The position numbers and the translations under genes are program-made. The notes beneath the pieces were generated by a model. The model did no database searches, had not been told where the DNA came from, and saw only the letters and a program-made list of their open reading frames with translations. From Bacteroidota bacterium (lineage in GTDB: Bacteria > Bacteroidota > Bacteroidia > Chitinophagales > LD1), in assembly GCA_025963485.1 (NCBI GenBank), contig JAOQAO010000041.1, forward strand, positions 20,114-84,113: a stretch of DNA of 64,000 nt, given 5' to 3'. Shown here in pieces: positions 27,518 to 36,715 of this stretch (the stretch's first letter is position 1; each line of letters starts with the position of its first letter).

Positions 27518-28384
27518 ATGAGATCAGTCAGGATCATACTGGTGTTGGCTGTCATGAGTGCCCTGCTGAGTGCATGCGTCACAAAGAAGCAATACAATGC
27601 GCTGGATGCCAGCCTCAAAAAGACCGAATTTGAAAAAACGGATTGCGATACGAAGCTCGCACAAAGCAGATCTGCCAATGAGAAGCTGAACACGCAAAAC
27701 GGTTACCTGCAGTCACAGGTAGATGACCTCAAAAAGCAGCTTGACGATGCGAAGAAAAGTAATGCACAGGTGCTCACCACGCTGCAGGACATGTCGGTAT
27801 TGTCTAACAGGCAGGCGGAAAGCGTAAAGCAGTCGCTGCAATCCCTGGGCGAAAAGGATAATCTCATCAATGGTTTGAATTCGGCAATGGCCCGCAAGGA
27901 TTCCCTGAATATGGCACTGGTAATGAACCTCAAAGGCGCTATCGGTGACTTGGGTGATAAGGACATAAATATAAAGGTCGACAAGAGCGCCGTATATATA
28001 GATATATCCGACAAAATGCTTTTCAGCAGTGGCAAGTCTACGGTGACTGACAATGCTAAAGTCGTATTGGGGAAAGTGGCAAAGGTGCTGGACGCATATC
28101 CTGATATTGAGTTTCTCGTGGAGGGTCATACAGATTCTGTCAGTGTCAAGACCGACTGCCTGGATGATAACTGGGACCTCAGCGTAAAGCGTGCCACTGC
28201 CGTAGTCAGAATATTGCAGAAACAATACGGGATACAACCGTCGAGGATGACCGCTGCCGGCCGTGGCCAGTATGTACCGGTCGACTCAAACGATAATGCC
28301 GATGGGAGGGCGCACAACAGAAGAACACGAATAGTCATTTTGCCACAGATGGATCAATTTTTCAAGCTGCTGGTCAAAAAGTAA
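27518..28384 (+). CDS. OmpA/MotB-family lipoprotein with N-terminal coiled coil
   Basis: Lipobox LLSAC, a heptad-rich region, and C-terminal VEGHTDS...NRRTRIVI. Confidence 0.8.
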   Translation: MRSVRIILVLAVMSALLSACVTKKQYNALDASLKKTEFEKTDCDTKLAQSRSANEKLNTQNGYLQSQVDDLKKQLDDAKKSNAQVLTTLQDMSVLSNRQAESVKQSLQSLGEKDNLINGLNSAMARKDSLNMALVMNLKGAIGDLGDKDINIKVDKSAVYIDISDKMLFSSGKSTVTDNAKVVLGKVAKVLDAYPDIEFLVEGHTDSVSVKTDCLDDNWDLSVKRATAVVRILQKQYGIQPSRMTAAGRGQYVPVDSNDNADGRAHNRRTRIVILPQMDQFFKLLVKK

Positions 28385-28571
28385 GATTTCATAAATTGGG
28401 TTTTAGGGACGGGTCTTGACGGAAGTCAGGACCTGTTTCTTTTTGGGGATAAGTTAAAGTGAATAGTAGAGTGGGCGACAGTCGTACCCGATGGGTATAA
28501 ACCAAGTCTGAGATTTGGCGATTAGCCCTTAGGTTTACGGGACTAAATAACCCCAATCTAACCCATAGAGT

Positions 28572-29423
28572 ATGAGAATAATTAGACTCACTATCATTTT
28601 GATCACTATCAGTGCCTTTCTTAGTGCCTGTGTGACCAAGAAGAAATACAGCGAACTGGACCAGACACTGAAAATGTCGCAAAACAGCACAACTGACTGT
28701 GAAACCAAGCAGGCTAAAAGCGCAGTGGCTATCAAGAAGCTAAATGAGCAGATCAAGGAACTCCAGGGTGCACTCGATAGCACTGTGAAGCAGGTAATTG
28801 ATGCGCAGTCGGCAACAAAGAACAACGACAATAACCAGCTCATCAATGTGCTCAAGGATATGTCGGTGCTCACACCATCCCAGGCCGAGGGTGTCACACA
28901 ATCCCTGCAGGCGATCAGCACGAGCGGCCAGACCCCCGATGCGCTCAAAGCCAACCTCATCAGCAACCTGAAGAGCTCGATAGGAGGAGACAACGATACT
29001 GATATATCCATACAAAACGACAAAGGCAGTTTGTACATAGACCTGACGGACCATATGTTCTTCAATAGCGGCAGCTCGGACCTGACCGACCGTGCCAAGA
29101 TGATCATCGGCAAAGTGGCAAAGATACTTAATGCATATCCTGATATGCACTTCATGATAGAAGGCCATACGGATAATAAACCGATACATACGGCTACCGT
29201 AGCGGATAACTGGGACCTGAGTATACGTCGTGCTACTACTGTAGTACGTGTGCTCCAAAAACAATATGGTATAAAGCCTGAGCGCATGGCCGCCGCTGGC
29301 CGCGGGGAGTATATGCCTGTAGCGGCAAACGATACGCCTGTACACAGAGCTGAGAACAGGAGGGTATCTATCGTGATCACTCCCGGACTGGATGAGTACA
29401 TGAAGCTACTTATAAAGAAATAA
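28572..29423 (+). CDS. OmpA/MotB-family lipoprotein (tandem paralogue)
   Basis: Lipobox FLSAC with the same architecture as its neighbour: IEGHTDN...NRRVSIVI. Confidence 0.8.
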   Translation: MRIIRLTIILITISAFLSACVTKKKYSELDQTLKMSQNSTTDCETKQAKSAVAIKKLNEQIKELQGALDSTVKQVIDAQSATKNNDNNQLINVLKDMSVLTPSQAEGVTQSLQAISTSGQTPDALKANLISNLKSSIGGDNDTDISIQNDKGSLYIDLTDHMFFNSGSSDLTDRAKMIIGKVAKILNAYPDMHFMIEGHTDNKPIHTATVADNWDLSIRRATTVVRVLQKQYGIKPERMAAAGRGEYMPVAANDTPVHRAENRRVSIVITPGLDEYMKLLIKK

Positions 29424-29442
29424 GAATACTCGATTGAGGCAA

Positions 29443-29475
29443 AGAAGCCCGGCCATTGGTCCGGGCTTCTTTGTG
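29443..29475 (+). terminator. rho-independent terminator
   Basis: Stem agaagcccgg/ccgggcttct followed by ttgtgt. Confidence 0.55.
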
Positions 29476-29527
29476 TATGTAAGCTTTGTATATGGGCGAC
29501 GTTTGAGGATTTATTTTTACCTTAGGC

Positions 29528-30430
29528 ATGATGAAGTCGATCGTCGAGAAACATCCGCTGGCTATCCGCTGGTTTCACTGGGTAAACTTCCCGGTGCTGG
29601 GGGTGATGATCTGGAGCGGGCTGCTGATCTACTGGGCCAATGATGTCTATCGAATCGGCTGGGGCGATACGACGATACTTAAATTCTTTCCCGATTCATT
29701 TTACAAAGCGCTCCATGTGCCATTTAATTTATCTAAGGGCATGGCCTTTCACTTTGTTTTTATGTGGTTGTTTTTAGTGAATGGATTGCTGTATGTACTG
29801 TACACGATCTTCTCCGGAGAGTGGAGGTACCTGCTGCCGGACCGGCATTCATTCAAAGAAGCTTTTCTGGTCGTGCTTCATGATCTGCATATAATTAAGT
29901 CGTCTCCTCCTCAGGGAAAGTATAATGCAGCGCAGCGTATCGCATATTCAACAGTGATCGTGATGGGTTTCGGTTCCTTGGTCACAGGATTGGTAGTTTA
30001 TAAGCCTATTCAGTTTAACTGGCTATGTACTTTGCTCGGCGGCTATGAGGCGGCGAGAATAGAGCATTTTGTTCTCACCATCGGCTATGTGTTATTTTTT
30101 GTCGTACACGTGGTGCAGGTGATATTGGCGGGATGGAATAATTTCCGGGCAATGGTGGCGGGTTTTGAAGTGGTAGAAAAGGCAGAACCGATAGTGCTGG
30201 CAGTCGTCAATGAGCTGCAACCGATATCAGAGGTGGAGATACACGATCCGACCCCCCCGGATGTGAAAGAGGAACTACAAGCGGATCACGAGCCGTTAAT
30301 AGAACCGGAATCGGAGGTCGTAGAAGTGAAGGAAGAAAAGGAGCCTCTGAAGGAAGTATTACCATCGAAAATAGAAGAAGCTCCTGAAACAGAAGATACA
30401 AAATCAACAACAGATGAGCGACCTGAATAA
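29528..30430 (+). CDS. cytochrome b561/Ni-hydrogenase-type cytochrome b with acidic C-terminal tail
   Basis: HPLAIRWFHWVNFPVLGVMIWSGLLIY with four TM helices carrying His. The last ~90 aa are Glu/Pro/Val-rich low complexity. Confidence 0.7.
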   Translation: MMKSIVEKHPLAIRWFHWVNFPVLGVMIWSGLLIYWANDVYRIGWGDTTILKFFPDSFYKALHVPFNLSKGMAFHFVFMWLFLVNGLLYVLYTIFSGEWRYLLPDRHSFKEAFLVVLHDLHIIKSSPPQGKYNAAQRIAYSTVIVMGFGSLVTGLVVYKPIQFNWLCTLLGGYEAARIEHFVLTIGYVLFFVVHVVQVILAGWNNFRAMVAGFEVVEKAEPIVLAVVNELQPISEVEIHDPTPPDVKEELQADHEPLIEPESEVVEVKEEKEPLKEVLPSKIEEAPETEDTKSTTDERPE

Positions 30431-31163
30431 TGATCAGAAGAAAACCGTAAGGCGCCGAACGATCATTTCGTTTGCAGTGTTTGCGGCGTGTATCGTAGCC
30501 GTTGTGATCGGATGGTGGAAGCTCTATAACCAGCCGCAGGATAGCGGTGTACAAAGGACGCTCCGCAAGGGGCTAGAGGTGAATGAAAAGGTTTTTGAAA
30601 AAGTATATGATACAACGCATCTGGCTAAAACCTACCCGAAGTCTGCAGCCGTCAAGGAAGTGAGGGTCAATGGCGATGTGGGTATGGGTAAAGACTTTAA
30701 TGCAAAGGTATGGGTGCTACGTGTAGTGCGCAAGCCGGGTGATACGTTGTATGTTCCGCTCGATAGCATCAGGGCGCTACCGAAAACGGAGATCGTGTTT
30801 GACTTCAAATGTATAGAGGGCTGGAGCCAGGTGACGCATTGGGGTGGGGTGAGGTTCAGTGACTTCTTGGCACACTATGGGCTCAGGGATCAGGCTTCAA
30901 AAAAATACGCAGGGCTAATCACTCCTGATAAGGCATACTATGTAGGCATCGATATGCCTAGTATGATCAACCCGCAAACGCTGCTATGCTATGAGATGAA
31001 TGGGAAGGCACTGCCTGATGACCAGGGTTATCCGTTGCGGTTGATCATTCCGGTCAAGTATGGTGTGAAGCATCTGAAGCGGATAGGTGCAATATACTTC
31101 CAGGACGAGAAGCCAGCGGACTATTGGGCGGAGCAGGGATATGATTACTATGGAGGACTCTAA
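30414..31163 (+). CDS. molybdopterin-dependent oxidoreductase (YedY/MsrP-like, sulfite-oxidase fold), membrane-anchored
   Basis: KCIEGWS, LLCYEMNGKALPDDQGYPLRLIIPVKYGVKHLKRI. An N-terminal TM helix replaces a Tat signal. Overlaps the cytochrome b gene by 17 nt. Confidence 0.7.
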   Translation: MSDLNNDQKKTVRRRTIISFAVFAACIVAVVIGWWKLYNQPQDSGVQRTLRKGLEVNEKVFEKVYDTTHLAKTYPKSAAVKEVRVNGDVGMGKDFNAKVWVLRVVRKPGDTLYVPLDSIRALPKTEIVFDFKCIEGWSQVTHWGGVRFSDFLAHYGLRDQASKKYAGLITPDKAYYVGIDMPSMINPQTLLCYEMNGKALPDDQGYPLRLIIPVKYGVKHLKRIGAIYFQDEKPADYWAEQGYDYYGGL

Positions 31164-31185
31164 GTATTTCGGAATTTAATAGAAA

Positions 31186-31290
31186 GCACGGATGACACGA
31201 ATCAAACGGATTCAAAATGGATTAATGCAAGTTGATTTTCGATGATGGGTTTGCGCGGAGGAGATTTAAGGTTTGAACGCGGATGATGTA
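31186..31290. repeat. intergenic repeat (ACGGATGACA...AAATGGATyAATGCA...AACGCGGATGA)
   Basis: The same three blocks occur in the same order at 40549-40648. Confidence 0.6.
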
Positions 31291-31369
31291 ACATAACGTC
31301 AAACTGGCTTTGTTATTGCGTTTCGCACTATGGTGTGGCGATGTTTCGTTTAAATATGAAACAAAAGCC

Positions 31370-32206
31370 ATGAACAGCCTACGATCACTACTTGTACTTA
31401 TTTGCGGCATAGCCGCTATGATGCCTCATTCACTTCTCGCTCAGGAGGAACCCCTGGACCGCCTGCCCTGGCAGGAGCGTGACCGGGCCGAGCATAAACC
31501 ACTGCCATATGAATATGTCCGCGAGGCGGATGTGATGTGGAGCAAAAAGATATGGCGCACGATAGATACGCGGCAGAAGATGAACCTATCCTTCGTCTAT
31601 CCTCAGCGCCCACTTGCGCAGATACTGCACACTGCTGCTATGCGCGGGGATATTACGGCTTATGATCCTACGGTGGAGAATGCAGACCAGTTTAAGCAAG
31701 TGATGAGCGCGGCAGATGTCGCGGTTATAGGTGTCAGGAAGGACACGGTAATATTCACTGAGCCGGTGAGCCAAGAGGACGTGACTAAAGTGGTAATAAA
31801 CGAATTGACCTGGGACCAGATCACAAAATTTAAGATCAAGGAGGTCTGGTTTTTTGATACGAAAACATCATCGATGCAGGTGCGTATCATAGGTATAGCT
31901 CCGGTAATGGAGGACAAAGATGCTAATGGTAATGTGCGTGGCGACAGGACCATGTACTGGCTATATTATCCCGACCTGCGCGATATGCTGGCCAGGGAAG
32001 AAGCCTTTGAGCCGAAGAATGATATGAAAGCGCTAAGCTGGGAGGATATGCTGGAGAGCAGGAGATTTGAGAGTTATATCTATAAGGAAAGTAACGTATA
32101 TGACCGGGCCATCGCTGAGTATGCTTCTGGCAAGGACATTCAGCTGGAAGCTGACCGGATCAAAAATGAAATGATGGAATTTGAGCATGATCAGTGGAGC
32201 TACTGA
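31370..32206 (+). CDS. gldN: GldN-family gliding motility/T9SS protein (stand-alone paralogue)
   Basis: IKEVWFFDTKTSSMQVRIIGIAP, RRFESYIYKESNVYDR, and the C-terminal FEHDQWSY match my recollection of Flavobacterium GldN. Signal peptide present. Confidence 0.65.
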   Translation: MNSLRSLLVLICGIAAMMPHSLLAQEEPLDRLPWQERDRAEHKPLPYEYVREADVMWSKKIWRTIDTRQKMNLSFVYPQRPLAQILHTAAMRGDITAYDPTVENADQFKQVMSAADVAVIGVRKDTVIFTEPVSQEDVTKVVINELTWDQITKFKIKEVWFFDTKTSSMQVRIIGIAPVMEDKDANGNVRGDRTMYWLYYPDLRDMLAREEAFEPKNDMKALSWEDMLESRRFESYIYKESNVYDRAIAEYASGKDIQLEADRIKNEMMEFEHDQWSY

Positions 32207-32229
32207 CGGAAAAATCTCCCCATTTGGGC

Positions 32230-32270
32230 AAAAAAATGGCCGCCTCTTATAAGGCGGCCATTATATTTTC
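32230..32270. terminator. bidirectional terminator between convergent genes
   Basis: Stem tggccgcc/ggcggcca (32237-32244/32253-32260), flanked by an A-run upstream and a T-rich run downstream. Confidence 0.6.
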
Positions 32271-32281
32271 ATGATGCTTGA

Positions 32282-32602
32282 TCACATTTTTTTCTCTGAT
32301 TTCTTGTGCATCATGCCATCGGGCTTGACACAGTCGCCATTGGCGAGGGTCTTCTTTGTACCGTCTTTCATGACGACTGTACCATCTGTCATTACCTTGG
32401 TGCCATTGGTCATGGTCTTGTCTGAGATGAGTCCGACCCAGTTGCCATCCTTCATTTCCATCATTTTTCCATTTTTCATCATCACGCTTCCATCTTTCAT
32501 TTTTTCCATCTTCTTTTCTTCCATCTGAGTCTGTGCAAATGAGGAAGAAACGTAGGCGCTACAACACAGCACAATGCCTGTGAGGAGAATTAGCTTTTTC
32601 AT
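32282..32602 (-). CDS. small secreted Met/Lys/Gly-rich repeat protein
   Basis: Signal peptide MKKLILLTGIVLCCSAYVSSSFAQ, then repeated (M)KDG(S/T)xxM motifs. ATG at 32602. Confidence 0.6.
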   Translation of the reverse strand: MKKLILLTGIVLCCSAYVSSSFAQTQMEEKKMEKMKDGSVMMKNGKMMEMKDGNWVGLISDKTMTNGTKVMTDGTVVMKDGTKKTLANGDCVKPDGMMHKKSEKKM

Positions 32603-32842
32603 TTTGTTTGATTTAGTTATTAATTGAATTCGGGGACGTACCACAAACTCAAAGCCAAAAGTGGAGGAAATGACCGGTCATAGCCAGCTGTGTTCTATGT
32701 ATCTGAATGTCTGTATGGTTTATAATTCAGCTTTGTCTTCAATCCACATTTGCCGGGCGGATAATTTGTTAAAAGAGTGATCTATTTGGTTTACTTTGAG
32801 GTTGGTTTAGGTCTCTCAGAAGGTCAGGCCGCCTCCACCCTG

Positions 32843-34459
32843 ATGCAAAAGCGACATTACATACTACTGGTACTCATACTTGTAGTGTACTTTACCGGGC
32901 TCATGGTCGATGTCATGGCCGTAGATGCTGCGCAATATGCCGAGATGACACTGGAGATGATCGGGAGCAAAAGTTTCCTCAAGGTCTTCTGCCTCGGCCA
33001 GAATTATCTCGATAAACCGCCTTTGCTTTTTTGGCTGAACTCTGTCAGCTTCTTCATATTTGGCGCGGGCAATTTTTCTTACAAGCTACCATCCCTGCTC
33101 TTTGCCCTGTTAGCGATCTATTCTACCTATCGTTTTGCGCTGTTGTATTATAGCAGGGAGACAGCGATGCGTGCGGCGCTTATGCTGGCAACGACGCAGG
33201 CGCTTTTTCTCATCACCAATGATGTGCGGACGGATACGCTGCTTTTAGGCTCAGTAATATTTTCGACCTGGAGACTGGCACAATACCTCGAAATGGGAAA
33301 ACCCCGCGATCTGCTCTGGGGTTGTGTAGGGATAGCCTTGGCACTTTTGTCCAAAGGACCTATAGGGCTGATAGTGGTCGGGGCAGCCATCGTACCACAA
33401 ATAATATGGAAGAAGAAATGGACAATGTTTCTCCGGCGGGAGATGATCTATGGCGTTGGCATTGTAGCATTGATGTTGCTGCCAATGTGTATCGGGCTTT
33501 ATCAGCAGTTCGGTGTGCATGGCCTGAAATTTTATTTCTGGACGCAGAGCTTTGGGCGCATCACCGGTGCGAGCCAGTGGAATAATCATCCGGATACTTT
33601 GTTCCTGCTTCATACTACGGCCTGGGCTTTTATGCCATGGTCGCTGTTTTTGTTTCCGGGATGGGGGGTAGCGCTGGTTGCTTTTGTGCGGGGCAGGTTT
33701 GCTATGAGGGAGATCATCTCTGTGTGTGGTTTTACGCTCACGCTTATTGCACTGATGTTGTCGAAATACCAGCTGCCGCATTATATCTTTGTGGTGTATC
33801 CGCTGGGCGCGGTGATGGCTGCAGATTATTTTGAGCGGCTGCAGCAGGATGAGCCTTTGTACAAGGTGCTAGCTGCGATACAGGTCATCATTTTATTTGT
33901 CATCATAGCTGCTGCTTTCCTGCTACAGTATTGTTTCAAGGGGTTGGACCTGGTGTCAATGGTTTGCCTCGTGGTATTATTCCCGGCAGGGATCTTTATT
34001 TCTTTGTGGCAAAGCCGCTGGCGAAGCCTTTTTGCTCCATCTATCGCGGTCATACTTGTTTTCAATTTTTTGCTAAGCGCTTTTTACTTTCCCGCCATCA
34101 TGAAATATCAACCGGGTAATGACATTGGACGATATGTGAGAACGCATAAAACGCCGGACAATGATTTTGTGACCTATCAATACCAGGTAGGATATGAGGA
34201 CCTGTTTTATTCCAGGCTGTCTTTGCCACTGCAGATATGGGATGCGGGCCGATTCAAAGATACGCTGGACTGCAGGATGCACCTGATGGTAGAAACCTCT
34301 GAGGATGGACTGGCCGACCTGCAGAGAGCAGGTGTAAACTGTAAGATCATCAATGAATATTCTGCATTCAGAGTGTCTGCGCTCAATCTGACCTTCCTCA
34401 ATCCGGCTACGAGAGAGAGTGTCTGCAGGAAGGTGTATCTGCTGGAGGTAGACAGATAG
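32843..34459 (+). CDS. ArnT/PMT-like glycosyltransferase (GT39/GT83 type)
   Basis: DAAQYAEMTLEM...YLDKPPLLFWL N-terminal signature. Polytopic protein. ATG at 32843. Confidence 0.75.
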   Translation: MQKRHYILLVLILVVYFTGLMVDVMAVDAAQYAEMTLEMIGSKSFLKVFCLGQNYLDKPPLLFWLNSVSFFIFGAGNFSYKLPSLLFALLAIYSTYRFALLYYSRETAMRAALMLATTQALFLITNDVRTDTLLLGSVIFSTWRLAQYLEMGKPRDLLWGCVGIALALLSKGPIGLIVVGAAIVPQIIWKKKWTMFLRREMIYGVGIVALMLLPMCIGLYQQFGVHGLKFYFWTQSFGRITGASQWNNHPDTLFLLHTTAWAFMPWSLFLFPGWGVALVAFVRGRFAMREIISVCGFTLTLIALMLSKYQLPHYIFVVYPLGAVMAADYFERLQQDEPLYKVLAAIQVIILFVIIAAAFLLQYCFKGLDLVSMVCLVVLFPAGIFISLWQSRWRSLFAPSIAVILVFNFLLSAFYFPAIMKYQPGNDIGRYVRTHKTPDNDFVTYQYQVGYEDLFYSRLSLPLQIWDAGRFKDTLDCRMHLMVETSEDGLADLQRAGVNCKIINEYSAFRVSALNLTFLNPATRESVCRKVYLLEVDR

Positions 34460-34462
34460 GGA

Positions 34463-34535
34463 ACCTCACCTATCTGCCTTCGGCATCTTCCCTCTCCCAT
34501 CGGCTGAGCCGAGACACGGCGAAGGAGAGGGAGGA
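34463..34535. repeat. hairpin element related to the 3686-3815 repeats
   Basis: Starts aacctcacc and ends cgaaggagaggg, with ccctctcc/ggagaggg arms. Confidence 0.55.
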
Positions 34536-34662
34536 ACCTACTGAGCAATTTTCTAGCTATAATCTATTTTTAATCAACTTCTGAAAGGGAAGCATACTTT
34601 CACGCAAATATGAAAATTGACCAGAGAGAAAGCTGACGCAAGGATATTTGGTATGGGGAAGC

Positions 34663-34944
34663 CTATTTTGTATCCATATTTTTCAATGCTTTTTCCATCT
34701 CTGCTTCTGCTGCTTTGATATCGGGTACCACGCGTGAGACTTTACCATCTTCTATCACTACCAACTGGTTATCGCCATAGTGCCACCAGGCGATATTCAT
34801 AGGCATTTGCTGTTTTGAACTGGGCTCTCCGATCTGGGCGGTGACCTGGCTTTCGGTCATTCCATTTTGTATCTTGCTTAGGTCTTTATGACTGCAGGAT
34901 GTCAGGAGCAGCACAAACAGCATAAGCGATAGTAGGTTTTTCAT
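34663..34944 (-). CDS. small lipoprotein, BamE/SmpA-like
   Basis: Lipobox LLTSCS. KIQNGMTESQVTAQIGEPS resembles the BamE-like fold signature. Confidence 0.45.
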   Translation of the reverse strand: MKNLLSLMLFVLLLTSCSHKDLSKIQNGMTESQVTAQIGEPSSKQQMPMNIAWWHYGDNQLVVIEDGKVSRVVPDIKAAEAEMEKALKNMDTK

Positions 34945-35083
34945 TTTTGAGTGTTTATATTAAGTAATAGGACAAATATATATTATTTTCCGGCTGGTTA
35001 TTTTCTAAAACCAGAGTTATTTTTTTGTATCCGTAAGAATAAAAAGCGCAGTTAAACAGGCGATCTTACCAACCCAAACTAAC

Positions 35084-36676
35084 ATGCCAAATCCTGTAAA
35101 AATATTCCTAGCATTTATTGCCTGCATCTTTTTTGTGTATCGCGTAGAGGCGCAGGCCTATCCAGCGATGACGGGCTTTGTAGATATGCATGCGCATCCG
35201 CGCGGAGACCTGGCATTTGGTACAGAGTTATTCTATGGTGCGCCATATGGAGATATAGCTGTCGCGCTCGGCGACTGTAAACATGACCATAGCAAGAACC
35301 TGCTAAGGTCAGTGCTCGCTGCGCAAACGGAACGGCAAAACAGTCCGGCGTGGAGAGATGGGAAAGCGGGTTATCCGGACTTTACCACGTGGCCGAACTG
35401 GTGCTCGATACTGCATCAGCAGATGTGGGTAGACTGGATCGAGCGGGCGCATAAAGGTGGACTGAATATCATGGTGGCTCTGGCCGTCAGTAGCCATACT
35501 ATCGCCTACGCTGCTCAGACACATGGCCCCCGGGATGATAAGCAGGTCATGCTAAATTGTATACAGGGGATCAAAGACCTGGTGGCTCACACGACATTTA
35601 TGGAGATAGCCTATACGCCAAATGATGTGCGGCGAATCGTAGCTAGTGGTAAGCTGGCTGTGATACTGGGCAGTGAGATGGATAATATCGGCAACTTCTA
35701 TAATCCTGCCGATCATTATAAAGATGCGACCTTCAATCCTACGCCTACTAATGAGGAGATACAAACCGAACTCGATAAACTGTATGGTCTCGGTATCCGG
35801 TATATTTTTCCGGTGCACCTGAATAATACAGTGTTTGGCGGGACGGCTATTTTTAATGCTACGCTGAATGTGCCAAATAAGTTTGTGAGCGGTGTGGAGT
35901 GGAAGCCGGAGCAAGTGAGTACAAAGGAAAGCGGGATCGCATTTCACCTACAGCATCCGGGGGCGGGACTGCCGGCGGTAGCTAAAATGTTCATGCCGCT
36001 GCTGATGCCGAAAGATGTGAATCCTGCGAAGAAGAAGAATTATACTTTCTGGGACACGCTACCGGGGTACGGTCATCGCAATTCGCTAGGGCTAACAGAC
36101 AGAGGGCGCTTTGCTATCGTGTATATGATGAAGAAGGGTTTCCTGATAGACATCGACCATATGAGTGAGAAGACGGCCAATGAGGTGCTCGACAGTGCGC
36201 TGAAGTATAGCTATCCGGTCAACAGCGGGCACAATGGCCCGCGCGGCGATGCAGGCAATGAGGCTGGGCGCACGCTCAAGCAGTATGCTCAACTCAAGCA
36301 GCTCGGTGGGATGATAGGAGTGGGGCATGGCGAAAGAGCGAGCGATTTCGTCAAGACCTACCATCAGGTGGCGCAGATCATGGGCAATACGCATATGGCT
36401 ATCGGTACTGATGTAGGTGGCTTCTCTGCGCAGCCGCAGCGGGATACCACGATCACGCTGGTATATGATGATAACTATCCCCGCTGCAAAACAGGTAACC
36501 GCACCTGGGATATCAATACTGATGGCATGGCGCACTATGGATTGCTGTCGGACTATGTACGCAGCTGGACGCTGGCAGGGATGACGGCACAGGAGAAGCA
36601 GACGTTTATGAGTTCAGCAGAGGACTTTACGGAGATGTGGGAGAAGTGTGATGAGAGGCGGAATAGTGTAAAGTGA
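35084..36676 (+). CDS. secreted metal-dependent hydrolase, distant membrane-dipeptidase (M19)/amidohydrolase-like
   Basis: FVDMHAHP, IDIDHMSEK, PVNSGHNGPR and IGTDVGG loosely parallel M19 metal-ligand blocks. Signal peptide present. Confidence 0.35.
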   Translation: MPNPVKIFLAFIACIFFVYRVEAQAYPAMTGFVDMHAHPRGDLAFGTELFYGAPYGDIAVALGDCKHDHSKNLLRSVLAAQTERQNSPAWRDGKAGYPDFTTWPNWCSILHQQMWVDWIERAHKGGLNIMVALAVSSHTIAYAAQTHGPRDDKQVMLNCIQGIKDLVAHTTFMEIAYTPNDVRRIVASGKLAVILGSEMDNIGNFYNPADHYKDATFNPTPTNEEIQTELDKLYGLGIRYIFPVHLNNTVFGGTAIFNATLNVPNKFVSGVEWKPEQVSTKESGIAFHLQHPGAGLPAVAKMFMPLLMPKDVNPAKKKNYTFWDTLPGYGHRNSLGLTDRGRFAIVYMMKKGFLIDIDHMSEKTANEVLDSALKYSYPVNSGHNGPRGDAGNEAGRTLKQYAQLKQLGGMIGVGHGERASDFVKTYHQVAQIMGNTHMAIGTDVGGFSAQPQRDTTITLVYDDNYPRCKTGNRTWDINTDGMAHYGLLSDYVRSWTLAGMTAQEKQTFMSSAEDFTEMWEKCDERRNSVK

Positions 36677-36715
36677 TGAATAGCCTTTTATATTTGCACA
36701 TCAGAAAATTCAGAC

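Noticed and set aside
28535-29401. 288-aa and 201-aa minus-strand ORFs.
   Set aside because: They are antisense to the second OmpA-family gene, have low-complexity composition, and carry no motifs.
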